This document shows positions 35,704 to 48,100 of a DNA stretch of 64,000 nucleotides, one piece after another; the first letter of the stretch is position 1; every line of letters begins with the position of its first letter. Below the pieces are notes generated by a model. That model was not told the DNA's origin and ran no database searches. It worked only from the letters and a program-made list of their open reading frames with translations. Both the position numbers and the translations under genes were made by a program. The DNA is from Alloascoidea hylecoeti (lineage: Eukaryota), in NCBI GenBank assembly GCA_001600815.1, contig BCKZ01000019.1, positions 435,981 to 499,980 of the forward strand. The letters are read 5' to 3'.

Positions 35704-36690
35704 TTCTTTGTAAATTATTGTAAGAAAGAGAAGCTTAGTTTATCCTAATTATAAACGTTAAGAAATAGAAAATCACCATTAATTTATATTGATTCGGGTA
35801 GCATTACTGTATTTGGAAATAACCTATCAAATAGCAGGATTCAATACAATTAAGATTAGATCCAAAACACCCCACATCAGACTGTTTTCAAATCAAATCA
35901 AATAAATATTATGTTAGGAGATCTCTACCTAATGATGATAGTGTTTATTTTAGACCTTAAAAAGAATATTAACTTTTATTATTAAGGGAGTTGAACTAAA
36001 CTCTACTATTGATTAATAATGATTCAGTCAATTCACTTAATTTAAGCCATTATGATCACTAATTATCGGATATTCAAAAAACTATTTTAGCCCGTATAAG
36101 GAACAAATTCGGATGTCAAAATCCCACCAAAATCAGTTATGCAGGAGGTCTATAATTAGTAATCATAATGGCTGAAATTAAGTAAAAAGACTATACAATA
36201 GATACGCGCGATAACATTTTTAAGATGAGTACTATACGGACTAATAGTATGTGTTAAGCCTATAGTGTATCTATATTTATAATTATTCTAATTACTATTA
36301 TATGTATTACTTAATAATTTCTATTCAATTTCTAGTATTGCTATCATTATATCGTTTTGTGCCATTGTTAAAGTTTGGCATATATCAACATAAAACCATG
36401 CATGTAGATCATACACATGATAGATAAGAAAGCTCCATAAAGACGAACTTTGAAGAAAAATTTAAGAAATATCAAGTTGGAAGACCTAGGTCGATACAGC
36501 CATTTGCAGGTTGCCATTTGCAGGTTGCTAAAAGGGAACAAATTTAAAATAAGGTTCTTCTAAAAAAAGACCCTCCCAGCGGTACATCCAGGAACGCTAG
36601 GTATATTTCGGGACACCTTAGATCATCGTCGTTATGTTGTTATCCTCCTATCTTTCTTCTTTTTAACCTCCCCACATATTCAGTAAGAAC

Positions 36691-38682
36691 ATGATTATCA
36701 ACAATATTATCACTCTAAGAGTTTCAACGACGGGGTCGTTTGATGATGAAAGTGATGTAAGACGCTTTTTTCTAACATCCGGGAGTCCAATTTTGATTGG
36801 AAGATCATCTCGCTTTTTGGAGTCTAGAGAGGCAAAAAATACTAATGCGTTGTTTCCATATACTGTTCTTTCTAAAACACATGCCCTCTTACACATTCCA
36901 TTGTATCATAGAGAGGCTGATGGTACTGCTGTTGTCGATGAAAGCGATGGGTATTTTGTTGAAGACCTTGGTTCTAAAAATGGAACAATGCTAAATGGGC
37001 AGGTATTAGAACCCCATAAGAAGTATCCACTGGTTCCGGATAAAGATGGTTTTGTTATTCTAGGCTTTGGTATTCCATCTAAGCTTCATTCATCTCAAAA
37101 ATCTAATAATTCTACCACAGTTGGTGATGATGGAAAGGCTAAAGGAGTTGGATTTCCGAAGGCGAAGCTTATCATGAAAGTATTCTTTCCTGCATTGAAA
37201 AAGCTCGGAACAACAGTTGCCTCCGACAAAGTTGACGTTACTAAGATTTCTTACATCACTAATAGTGATGATGTCTATGTAGTTGGTCCTCAGAAAAAAA
37301 CTATTATTGAAAAAGGGGAAATTAAATTCGGTGAGGAAATGAATAAATTCACGGAGGATATGAATAAATTTGGAGAGGATATGAATAAATTCGGAGGTGA
37401 TGTGAATAAATTTAAAGAGGATATGGATCATCATTCAAGGGTTATGGATGATATGATGAAAAAAGTTGAGCCCGTTATTATCAATCTTAGCGATGATGAT
37501 AACGACGACAATGACAGTGGTGATGATTTTCACGATGATGAATTATTTGATTGCGGCTTTTCTGATGATGATGTCGATGATAGTGAGGATGATGCTGCTG
37601 ATGACGATGACGATGACGATGATGAAGATAATGATGAAGAAGTATCAGATGATTGCACTTTTAATCATGAGCTGGCTGGTTGCTTGTTTAACTTTTCCAG
37701 TGTTCAACCGAAACCTTTTCCGTTGCCCTGTTTCAAAGACATTGTATCTAAAAATTTCAATGAATACCTTGAAAACAAGGTACGCTGCCCAGATATTATC
37801 CATAATATCAACGTTGGTGACCTTGGAAGTAAAGATGTCCAAAAGAATGACAATGAAAATGAATCATCATCTGATAAAGATCATATAGACAGTGATTCCT
37901 CTTCGGATGTTAGCGAATATAGGTCTCACAACAGCCGATCAACTACAGTCAATGCAAACGAGAGTGAGACTACATTGGAAGAAGTTTCAGTAACTCATAA
38001 TGAATCCTATATAAGGGATGATGACAAACGATCGAATATGGCACAAGTACTTGTTAATGAGAGCTCTGAAAAAGAAAATATGTGTACTCCAAATGCTGTT
38101 GAAATCTCACATTCTCAATTGGATGAACCATCCGCTTTATATAATATAATTAAAAAGCGAGAAAACTCACCCAGTGATGAAGATAATGATAATGATAATG
38201 ATGAAACAGTCATTGATAGAATTGATATTAAAATGTATGAACCTACCAGTCAAACTCATGATCAAGCGACTTCTATAAAAGACGATGTGAAGAACAAATT
38301 GTATCATGGTAACATAACTACTGTTGATGAGTTTTTATTTTCAAGTTCTTTTGCTTCACGTGAACTCAGTAGTGCCGATTTTCCAACTAATCCGCCATCG
38401 GAAATTTGGTGTGGTGAGGAGTTAAAACCTGAAGATGAATCACACTATAATATTACACTTGGTACTAAACGTAAATATGATGAACTCCATTCTGAAGATA
38501 ATGCTGGTTCAATTAAGAAAAATGAAGAAAAGAAGGATGAGCGACAACCACACAAAAAGACCAAAAGGGATATTTTCAAGAGAATTGGGAAACAAATTGT
38601 TACACATTCTGTTGCAGCTATCTTTGGTGGTGTTGGAACTATAGCATTATTAGCCAAATTAAATGAAAATGATATGCTATAA
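36691..38682 (+). CDS. FHA-domain protein with acidic linker and C-terminal transmembrane anchor
   Basis: FHA motifs IGRSSR, LSKTHA and DLGSKNGT; Asp-rich tract; 7-aa repeats EDMNKFG; C-terminal hydrophobic helix VAAIFGGVGTIALLA. Confidence 0.8.
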   Translation: MIINNIITLRVSTTGSFDDESDVRRFFLTSGSPILIGRSSRFLESREAKNTNALFPYTVLSKTHALLHIPLYHREADGTAVVDESDGYFVEDLGSKNGTMLNGQVLEPHKKYPLVPDKDGFVILGFGIPSKLHSSQKSNNSTTVGDDGKAKGVGFPKAKLIMKVFFPALKKLGTTVASDKVDVTKISYITNSDDVYVVGPQKKTIIEKGEIKFGEEMNKFTEDMNKFGEDMNKFGGDVNKFKEDMDHHSRVMDDMMKKVEPVIINLSDDDNDDNDSGDDFHDDELFDCGFSDDDVDDSEDDAADDDDDDDDEDNDEEVSDDCTFNHELAGCLFNFSSVQPKPFPLPCFKDIVSKNFNEYLENKVRCPDIIHNINVGDLGSKDVQKNDNENESSSDKDHIDSDSSSDVSEYRSHNSRSTTVNANESETTLEEVSVTHNESYIRDDDKRSNMAQVLVNESSEKENMCTPNAVEISHSQLDEPSALYNIIKKRENSPSDEDNDNDNDETVIDRIDIKMYEPTSQTHDQATSIKDDVKNKLYHGNITTVDEFLFSSSFASRELSSADFPTNPPSEIWCGEELKPEDESHYNITLGTKRKYDELHSEDNAGSIKKNEEKKDERQPHKKTKRDIFKRIGKQIVTHSVAAIFGGVGTIALLAKLNENDML

Positions 38683-38759
38683 TTTGCAAAGAATTTTTTC
38701 ACTGTAAATTTTTATTTACCATTTACTATTTTTTATTTATTTTATATTATTTATCTCCT

Positions 38760-38823
38760 TTTTTATTTTATTTTATTTTATTTTATTTTATTTTATTTTA
38801 TTTTATTTTATTTTATTTTATTT
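38760..38823. repeat. (TTTTA)n microsatellite
   Basis: About 12 consecutive TTTTA units. Confidence 0.95.
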
Positions 38824-39913
38824 GATATGAGGGCACGAGTATATGTTTGATCTTGAAGGTTTATCCTCTGGATAGGAATTTTTTTAATGGGGTGATTAAT
38901 TTAAGATATATGATTCACGGTTGGAAATATTTTGGATGAGAAGGAACTATTTGATTGTTTTTGCTTTAGGATTTTTATTTTTTAAAGTTTCTTTAAATAT
39001 ATAATATACTTATATATTCATTAAATTATATATCCTTTTCTTGCTTTTCGTCTAATATTTAATTTATAATGTTTTATGTTCAATTATTATTTTCAATTTA
39101 TTTAGATATTTCTGTACTTTCGAATGTTTTCCCGTTAAATAGTTTCCTGTTGGATTCATACTCATATTGGGATTTAAGTAACATTTTATCAATCATTTAT
39201 GATTGCAATTGGATATTTTTAAAAGGAGTGATGCAGTAAAGTTGTAAACACATCAAACAGCATAAGCCAAAAACTTTCAAGAGCTGTACCCCGGTATATG
39301 TATAATTACACACCAATTATTCGTAGAAGAACAAAAGAATAAAAGAATAAAAGAATAAAAGAAGAAACTTCTCTCACGTATCAAATGCGTTCAGAAATAC
39401 TATACCAGTTATGCCTCTAGGTCGAAATAGCGAACCATCAATAGTCAGAAAAAGGTATCTAGTATCTACATAATAATATTAATATTCAGAATAGTTTTCC
39501 TGGTCAATCACCAGATGAGAAACTACAAGCAACCGAAACTATAACTATAACACTTTAGGAGTAAGAAAAACACGAGTAAACTGTGATTTTAAAAAGTTCG
39601 CTCATGTTTCAATTCTACATTTTCTTTGTCTGTTAATTTGGAATTGAAGTTGAAGTTCATTTACATTTCCATTTCCATTTCTATTTTTAATTTAGATAGA
39701 GGCGGGTGTTTGGAGGTTAGTTTGTGATCAAATAATATTTACATGTATATTTTATTTATCTTCACCAGAATATACTTTCACTCTTTTAATTTCTGTCTTT
39801 TGTTCTTGTCATAATATATATACTGATTTGAATGTTTATTGACCTTTCATGGATTTTTGATCAATAGTTAAACATAATCAAGAATACAAAATAATTAACT
39901 TTGGATAAAGAAA

Positions 39914-42424
39914 ATGACCCCCCACAATGATTTTGGATATGATGGACTACCGTCATTACCACCTTCTTATAATGATCCAGAAGTAAATGGATCAACACAA
40001 TCTTTAAATGAGAATGATACCGTTAGCTCATCTCTTCTTCAAAGTCAAACAGAAACACATATAGAACAATTTGAGGTTGATGATAGCAACAATAATAATA
40101 ATAATAATAATAATAATGATAATAATAATAATAATAACAACAGAGGAATTCATTCCATTTCAATAGCATCTCATAGAATCGCGCAAGAAATAAATTCAAA
40201 AATAGTATCTCCTGTTCAAAGATTTTTAGATCCACTTGCACAAGTCTGGAGTTTAGTTTCAAGCAAAATGGATACATATTTAACGAAAGTTGGTAATCCT
40301 TTAATTATAAAAAGATTAATCTATATTATTTTTGTTTCAATAATTATTTTTTTTGTTATTAAATCTGGAGATTCAGGATTTGATCAATTAGGTGGTAATT
40401 CATTTTCTGGTGGTCCAAGTTTTTATTCCGTTGAGGAAGTTTACAACTTTTTGTCAAATAATGTTAATCCAAAAAAAATGGAGGAACAGTTGGAATATTT
40501 CTCTTCAATGCCACATATTGCTGGTACAGTGGGTGATTTGAATCTAGCTAAACATATTATAAGTGAGTTTAAAAATTATGGTTTTGACGCCGTTGAGTTG
40601 GCTGAGTTCAAATCTTCTGTAAATTATCCAACAGGTAGAAGTGTATTGAAAATCTTAGGTGATGGTAATAATAAGGATGTTGAAATCAAATTGGTCGAAA
40701 CTGAGCCTTTTAATGTGGATAACGATGGGAAGATACAGGGAATTGAAAGAATGGCATTTAACAGTTTATCTGTTTCAGGCGAAGTAATCGGACATCCAAT
40801 ATATGCGAACTATGGTACTCTAAGTGATTTCAATTTTTTACAAGATCAGGGCATCATACTAGATGGTTCGATTGCATTCATAAGATATGGTAAAGTTCCT
40901 ACAGGTTTAAAATTAAAAGCTGCTCAAAAGTTTAATGTAAAAGGAGTTGTATTTTTCACAGATAGTACGAGTGAAGAAGATTGGAAGATATTACCACATA
41001 ATTCAATTCAAAGAGATTCGGTCAAGCTTCCTGGTGAACTTAATCAAAAGGATACTGTTACTATACCTAGTATTCCTATATCATGGAATGAACTTACTAA
41101 AATAATGAATCTCATTCAAGGTAATGGGAATCAATTAAATACTTCAAATTGGGTACCTATAATTTCCGATATAAATGAATGGTGGACAGGAAACATAACA
41201 TCTAGACAAGTATATTTAAAAAATGATATGGATACACAAAAAGATCATATAATGTGGAATTCTATGGGAAAGATTTTTGGAGGTGAACAGGAAGATCGTG
41301 GGATTATAATTGGAGCACAAAGAGATTCTCTTTGTAATGGAGCAATTGGTCCCAACTCAGGAACAATTATATTAATGGAAGTTGCTAGATTACTTGCGTT
41401 ATTAAAAGAAAAATTCCATTGGAGGCCCTTAAGAACGATATTTTTTATCAGCTGGGATGGATCTGAGTATGATCTTTCTGGTACTACTGAATTTACACAA
41501 AGATTTGGTCGTATTCTAGAAGGGAGCATTTACTCTTACATTGATTTAGATTCAATAATTTCAGGTACCGAATTAAATATCGAAGGGCATCCAGTTATGG
41601 AAAGTATTGTAAAGGATGTTTTAGAAAACTTTAATGATCCAATAACAAATATTTCAATAACAGATAAATTTCAATCAAATGAAAGATTAGTAAATTTATC
41701 AAATTCTTATGACAATAGTTTACCATTTGTTGATCAATGTGGTGTTCCAACAGTTAAAATATCATTTAAAGGTTCTACATATCCACAAAAGTCTTGTTAT
41801 AATACATTTAATTGGCTTCAAGAACATGGTGATAAAGATTTTAGTTATCATGTGTTATTAACAGAAATTTTGACAAAATTGGCTTTTAAATTAACAGATG
41901 AACCATCAATTTTATTCGATATGAAAAGTTATAGCTTATCACTTGGAAATTCAACAAATGATTTAAATAAATATTCTGAATTCATATTTGGTAAAAAACT
42001 TAATACTGATAAACTCGAAAAGTCAATTAAAACAATGAGTGATGTTGGTGTTAATTATGAGCGTTTTGTAAAGAAATGGTCAGGACTTGTTAGAGCTAAT
42101 GATTATAGAGAACCATCAATGATTACGCAATACCGGATAAATTGGAATAATCATTTATCAATGTTAGATAATAATATACTTATTCAAACAGGTCTTGAGG
42201 ATAGATCATGGTTTAAGAATGTTTTATTTGGATCTCAGGAATGGCCTGAATTAGATGAAGATGGGAATCGATTATTTGAATCCGGAAGTTTCCCGGGAAT
42301 TAGAGATTCTATTCATAATAAAGATTTTAATAGTGCTCAAAAGGAACTGGATTACGCAGCGGATTTATTATTGAAATCTACTGAAATTTTGCTGGCACAA
42401 AATGATGGTGATATGAGGCAATGA
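39914..42424 (+). CDS. Transferrin-receptor-like Rsp5 adaptor Tre1/Tre2 (PA plus inactive M28 domains)
   Basis: N-terminal LPPSY (PY motif), one TM segment, SSMPHIAGT, YANYG, IIIGAQRDS (degenerate Zn site), SWDGSEY and FPGIRD. Confidence 0.85.
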   Translation: MTPHNDFGYDGLPSLPPSYNDPEVNGSTQSLNENDTVSSSLLQSQTETHIEQFEVDDSNNNNNNNNNNDNNNNNNNRGIHSISIASHRIAQEINSKIVSPVQRFLDPLAQVWSLVSSKMDTYLTKVGNPLIIKRLIYIIFVSIIIFFVIKSGDSGFDQLGGNSFSGGPSFYSVEEVYNFLSNNVNPKKMEEQLEYFSSMPHIAGTVGDLNLAKHIISEFKNYGFDAVELAEFKSSVNYPTGRSVLKILGDGNNKDVEIKLVETEPFNVDNDGKIQGIERMAFNSLSVSGEVIGHPIYANYGTLSDFNFLQDQGIILDGSIAFIRYGKVPTGLKLKAAQKFNVKGVVFFTDSTSEEDWKILPHNSIQRDSVKLPGELNQKDTVTIPSIPISWNELTKIMNLIQGNGNQLNTSNWVPIISDINEWWTGNITSRQVYLKNDMDTQKDHIMWNSMGKIFGGEQEDRGIIIGAQRDSLCNGAIGPNSGTIILMEVARLLALLKEKFHWRPLRTIFFISWDGSEYDLSGTTEFTQRFGRILEGSIYSYIDLDSIISGTELNIEGHPVMESIVKDVLENFNDPITNISITDKFQSNERLVNLSNSYDNSLPFVDQCGVPTVKISFKGSTYPQKSCYNTFNWLQEHGDKDFSYHVLLTEILTKLAFKLTDEPSILFDMKSYSLSLGNSTNDLNKYSEFIFGKKLNTDKLEKSIKTMSDVGVNYERFVKKWSGLVRANDYREPSMITQYRINWNNHLSMLDNNILIQTGLEDRSWFKNVLFGSQEWPELDEDGNRLFESGSFPGIRDSIHNKDFNSAQKELDYAADLLLKSTEILLAQNDGDMRQ

Positions 42425-42773
42425 GCTCTAGTAGTGTTAGTAAACTTAAGTATTATAAGATCTTATGCCAGGAGCTCTGAGATTTTGTTAAAGTATGCAT
42501 TTCGATTTGAAATTAACATGGATAACATATAGTTATTAATAATTAAATATAATTTCTACTTTATATTAAAGAAATACATTTTAAATAGCAATTTTAACAG
42601 TCATGAAAGTTTTTCTTAATTGATCGTGTAGCGTTTTATAATTATGAAGTAATATTAACGGCTGGAGACATACTGACCAGTTTCATGTTGTATTATTATC
42701 ATGAAGATTTATGAATATATATATATTTTATTAATTAATTATGATTCCACACAATCGGTATACCGGTAAATTA

Positions 42774-42789
42774 TGAGTGTACGGATGTT
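42774..42789. promoter_or_regulatory. Rap1-type site / telomere-repeat-like element upstream of the DAP1-like gene
   Basis: Identical to 27191-27206; about 116 nt upstream of ATG 42905. Confidence 0.6.
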
Positions 42790-42904
42790 AGTAACAAAAT
42801 GGAGTGATATAATCAAAATCGCAAGATGTAGCTAATAAATATTAATTGCCCATATATTTCGAATTCTTACTCCCTCCTACCATCTTCACAGAAAGATTTG
42901 AAAA

Positions 42905-43320
42905 ATGTCTGCCAAATTCACACGAAATGAGCTACAAAAATTTAACGGTGTCACCAAACCTGAAGTTTACTTAGCTGTTGGTGGAAAGGTCTTTGATGTA
43001 ACCTCAGGTGCTGGATTTTATGGTCCTGGTGGCCCATATGCCATATTTGCTGGTCATGACGCCTCTAGAGGTTTAGCTCTAAATTCTGTCGATCCAGGTA
43101 TGTTTTCACACTCTCGATTATGATCTGTATCTGTGATAGGAACATTGATTTTAACGTTCAATTGATTTTAACGTTCAATTGATTTATAGAGATGATTAAG
43201 CCATTTGATCAGCCTATTGATACACTCGATGATCTTACACAAAGCGATATTAACGTGTTAAAAGAATGGGAATCTTTTTTTGTCAAGAAATACAAATGCC
43301 TTGGAGAATTGGTAGAATAA
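42905..43320 (+). CDS. Cytochrome b5-like heme/steroid-binding protein (Dap1/MAPR family); exons 42905-43097 and 43190-43320
   Basis: FDVTSGAGFYGPGGPYAIFAGHDASRGLA. Intron 43098-43189 (GTATGT..TAG) yields DPEMIKPFDQPIDTLDDLT..EWESFFVKKYKCLGELVE*. Confidence 0.9.
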
Positions 43321-43509
43321 ATAATCAATAATTAATTGGGTTTCTTTTTGTTCTATGTTTATATTTAATGATCATATATTAATAAGCGTGATGTGCTATT
43401 GGTCTAAATTCAAACCATAATTGATACACACAAATATTGTTGTTTTCCTCGAGCTTTCTATAATAGGACTAGAGGAACAGTTACGGATAAAATAAATACA
43501 TTATAAAGG

Positions 43510-44260
43510 ATATCTAATCCCATTTATATTCATTAGCTTTGTGAATGGCTCTCCAGAGGGGTTGAGTATATGTAATGCCATGTACTTATAAGTACAGTAG
43601 ACAGAAACAAACAGGGTTCATGATCTATATTATGAATTATCACTTGTATGATATACTTCTCGGATCTATACCTGCTAGATATACCTTTATAACAGTGAAG
43701 ATCTTTTTGGACTGCTAGAATGTGTCAGTACACGATCGGTATGTTGAATCCAAGCATTTTTATCCCCATAGGAAGCCATTGAAGCTTATCCTCAGTATTC
43801 GCGATTCAGATTACTCAGAGGTAGATAGAATTATAAGTAACTTCCTAATGTAGTAACAATCATCTTATTACATCTGACAGTATTTTTTTAACCTTATCCG
43901 ATACTTACGTATAGATCTAGATAGGACTAAATTTTGTTTGCTATATATATAATAAAGAAATCTTTACCTTATGAAGATTTAGAACCTCTATTATAATTAT
44001 ATATACTAGCGTTGAGTTATCAGTATGGTCTTCCATGAAGAACTAGAAGTCTTGTTGTCAATCATTCTAGAATCATTACTAATATAATGTTATTTATAAC
44101 AATCGAGAGATGGACTAGAGGTCAGTAATTTTCTGAAGTAGTTTTCTTAATGACTATCAGATACCTTGATCGGGAATGGGTTACTACCGGAGTATCGACG
44201 AGAGTGATTGTTCTACTGGCTTTCTAATCCCACGATTATATCAGGATACATAATCCGATC
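43510..44260 (-). mobile_element. Highly decayed Ty3/Gypsy-like pol (reverse transcriptase) relic
   Basis: Across frameshifts, 43670-43528 reads IDPRS/YH/QVIIHNIDHE/TLFVSVYCTYKYMALHILNPSGEPFTKLMN, resembling IDLRSGYHQVRI..D..KTAFVTPYGTYEY..MPFGL.NAP..FQRLMN. DIIVGL near 44240 resembles the protease DIILG motif. Confidence 0.45.
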
Positions 44261-45162
44261 TGAGTGTTATCAGTGTTAATGAATTTATTTGTTTTTTCAA
44301 AATCACTGCTAAATAATTGTGAGTAGTCACTTTTAACTTAAAATTATCGTAAAACTACTGAAAACCCAATGATGATGATCCTGTTGGGGAGAAACATCCT
44401 AAACTTGCGACAGGGCCAGTATTTATTAACAGTGCAGCCCTGCAACGCATAAACTTGCCTACTATTTGTGTGTATATAATTAGGATTAATGTGAATTCGC
44501 TATCGTACCATTTTGTGCATCCAAAGCCTGAGCTGGATGTTGATCCCTTGAAATTATCTTCTTTTTTCTTTGTAATTATAACATATTGTATAACTATAAG
44601 ACTTATTCTTATTAGATCATTTTTGACTTATAATTATAAGGTATCTGTAGCTATCATACCTAGCTAACTAGCAATCCAACTAACTATCTAGTCATCGATT
44701 GCGACTTTGATCTCAATTTATTATACCTTTTTTGAATCCAATAGCGAAAGTTGACCTCACAAGGGGATTTATAGTATAATTATTGGGATTTATGTCACAT
44801 AAGTTATATCATTTTTAACTTCAAAAATGGAGTCAATTCCTCAACAAATAGTTTAGATCAAAGATTATCCGATGATTCCAACTATAGTGTTGGCACAAGT
44901 GCTACATCTAGTTATACAGTTGTTTTTTAAGTCTCAATTTATAACGCTTTGCTTATGGTATTTAACTAATATTTTTTATTCATTGCTTCTTATATTTATG
45001 CAAAAAGTATCTCTCGAAAGGTGGCCACAGTGGTCTTCGATGTGCCTTTCACAATGTTTCATTGGTCTAGCCGTTGGGGTAATATTTCGCAAACCTCCAA
45101 CGACCTCACATCTCCAAAATCACAACCACCATCACCTCCATACTTACACACATGCCACACAC

Positions 45163-48100
45163 ATGTCCTACGAAAACTCAAACAGAAATTTCTTCATCTC
45201 CGGTTTCAACAGAAGAGTTACACCAATCTCCGGTGGCATTGGCCGTGATTACTGGATGAAGGATGAATCTGCTGCTGAGTGTTTCTCATGTAGTAAACAC
45301 TTCACAACATGGCGACGCAAACATCATTGCCGAATATGTGGCCAAATCTTCTGCAGTTCATGTACTTCCTTAATACAGGGTGAACGTTTCAATTATGATG
45401 GTAAAATGAGAGTTTGTTCGCCTTGTTTGAAAATGTTGAACAAATACCAGGATTTACAACTGAGTGAATCGGAATCAGATTATGAAGAAGAACAAGATCA
45501 ACTTCAACGGCATGACTACAGTATATCAATGGATCATGAACCACAACCAGCTCCACCGATGACTATTCCTGCTACGAGGATGGCGAGTTCTGTTGCTGTT
45601 GAATTACCTTCTAGATCCCAATCCATCTCTGTTTCTCATTCTCAACACCATATTTCATCACAATCTTTAAATCAAGTTACTTATAATGCCAACGAAAGAA
45701 AAGGTCGATCTATTTCTCATCGCCACCACACCCTACAATCACATTCTCATCTTCATCATAATCATCATGGTCATGGTCATGGTCATGGCTATGGAGAGGG
45801 TAAAAGTGTACTATTTGATGATTGGGATGCTCAAAGTGTAAGATCAATGAGTATTCAAAATACTCATCCACTTTCTTATTCTGATTGGGATAATGATACC
45901 GATGAAGAAGACGAAGAATCAATGAGTTTATATGCTGCATTAAATTCCACAACCACTCCAAATAATAATTTACAAATACAACGACCTAGATCAGCTAGTG
46001 CTACAATATCTTCAAGAAGATTAAAGGAAAATAGTTCAAATATAAATAATAATGCAATTTCTGATAATTCTCCAAAGGCAACTACTTCAAATAGTCACTT
46101 ACGAAAGTTTTCTTCACGATCTTGGACAAATTTGAATACGACTATCCTAAATACTAATACTAATACTAATACTAATACTAATACTAATACTAATACTAAT
46201 ACAAATTCTAACCTTAATAATAATAATAATACTGGTACTAATAACAATAATACTACTACTTCTAATAACAACAATACTACTACTACTTCTAATAGTAACG
46301 ATAATAATACAACTTCTAATAACAATAACAATCAGCAACCAAAAGTTTTACAACAACGACAATCTTCAGAATTAACTCCGCTTGCACTATCCCACTCCCA
46401 ACTGCTCCTTTCCCAACTCCTTTCAAACTTACACCTTTCCCATGAACAACACACACAATTTCAAAAAGCAATATCAAAAGCCTTATTAATTGCAACTAAA
46501 AACATTATAGTTGATGTAAAATCTGGTGATTCAATAGATGTTCGAAACTATATAAAATTGAAAAGAATTCCTGGTTCCACCCCCAAAAAGACGAAATATA
46601 TACAAGGTTTAATTTTCGCTAAAAAACTATCTTTGAAAACAATGCCTAACTCCATCTCCAACCCCCAAATTTTATTAATTACATTCCCATTAGAATACAA
46701 TAAACATGAACAACATTTCATGTCTTTAGAAACAGTAATAGCTCAACAAGAAGAATATCTGAAAATCTTAGTTGCAAGAATATTAGCCTTGGGCCCACCA
46801 TCAATTGTTATAGTATCAAAGGGAGTTTCTAGGTTTGCATTGGATTTATTACATCAATATGGCATTGTTGTAATATATAATGTTAAGGAACATATTATTG
46901 AAAAATTGGCTAGATTAACTGGCAGTGATGTCATTTCATCAATTGAAAAATTTGCAATTGTAAGGAATCATCAACATCATAATAATAATAATCAATCAGA
47001 TATTAACAGTATCATTAATAATATTAGCGGTTCAAATGGGAAACCACATTTAGGTACGTGTTTGTCATTTAAAGCTAAAACTTTTCAATTTGGTGAGAAT
47101 CAAATGCCAAAAACTTTCTTATATTTTGAAGGATGTCCAAAAGAATTGGGGGCAACTATTATTTTAAGGGGAGGTGGTATGGATATCCTAGGAGAGGTTA
47201 AGGAATGTGTGGAGTTTGCAGTCTATGCTTATTTTGGGTTGAAGTATGAGACTGCCTTGATGAGAGATCAATTTATTTCAACTCCTTGTGTGGATAAAGC
47301 TGATAATATCGATGAAAATGATAAGGGGAAGGAAAACGAAATGATTGATGATACAAATAATGAAGCTAAAAGCGTATTAATAAACGACACTGATGATTTA
47401 AAACCAGAACTCGAAGAAAATGAAGAAACAATTGAAAATGATACTGAAAAAACAGAACACGAAAATGAAAAATTTCATAGTATATTTGAAAAACTTGTAA
47501 AACTTCATGAATCTTCAATATTATCAACATCACCAAGTGTTAAATTCCCAGAACCTTATTTATTGACAATAGCCCGAAATCTAGAGAAAGAACTATATCA
47601 ATATAAATTAAAAATATCACATTTTGAGAGTTCCAAAACTAACTCCAATGAAATTCAAGATTTATTAGATTATCTTGGTTTTAAATTTAAAATCATTGAT
47701 TTACCGAAAGGCATTGAAGATGCAATAAATATCATTTCAACAATTTATGATTTTAAATTCAAAAACTTGCAAAATAATTTTATTTCAAAACAACGACAAT
47801 GGGAATTATTTTATTCACCATACATGTTTGAACCAATGACTCATCAGTCTTTTGTCTTTTTATATTCAATGATTTCATCAGTTAATGCAACACCATGTGT
47901 TGGTCCAGATATTTTGGAAATCCTTTATTATAGTAATAGTGATATGACACTTGGTCAATATATTGAACATGTTTGTCTTTCGGCAAATTCAAATAATTGT
48001 ATTGAATGTGGACTATCATTAATTTCTCATTATAGACAATATGTTCATGATACATTTAAATTAGATGTTATTGTTGAAAATTTTAAATGTCGAATACCAG

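Noticed and set aside
44872..45162. Hydrophobic N-terminal extension of Fab1 in the ORF track
   Set aside because: Fab1 has no such TM segment and the sequence looks like AT-rich leader; ATG 45163 is the more plausible start, though an upstream exon cannot be excluded.
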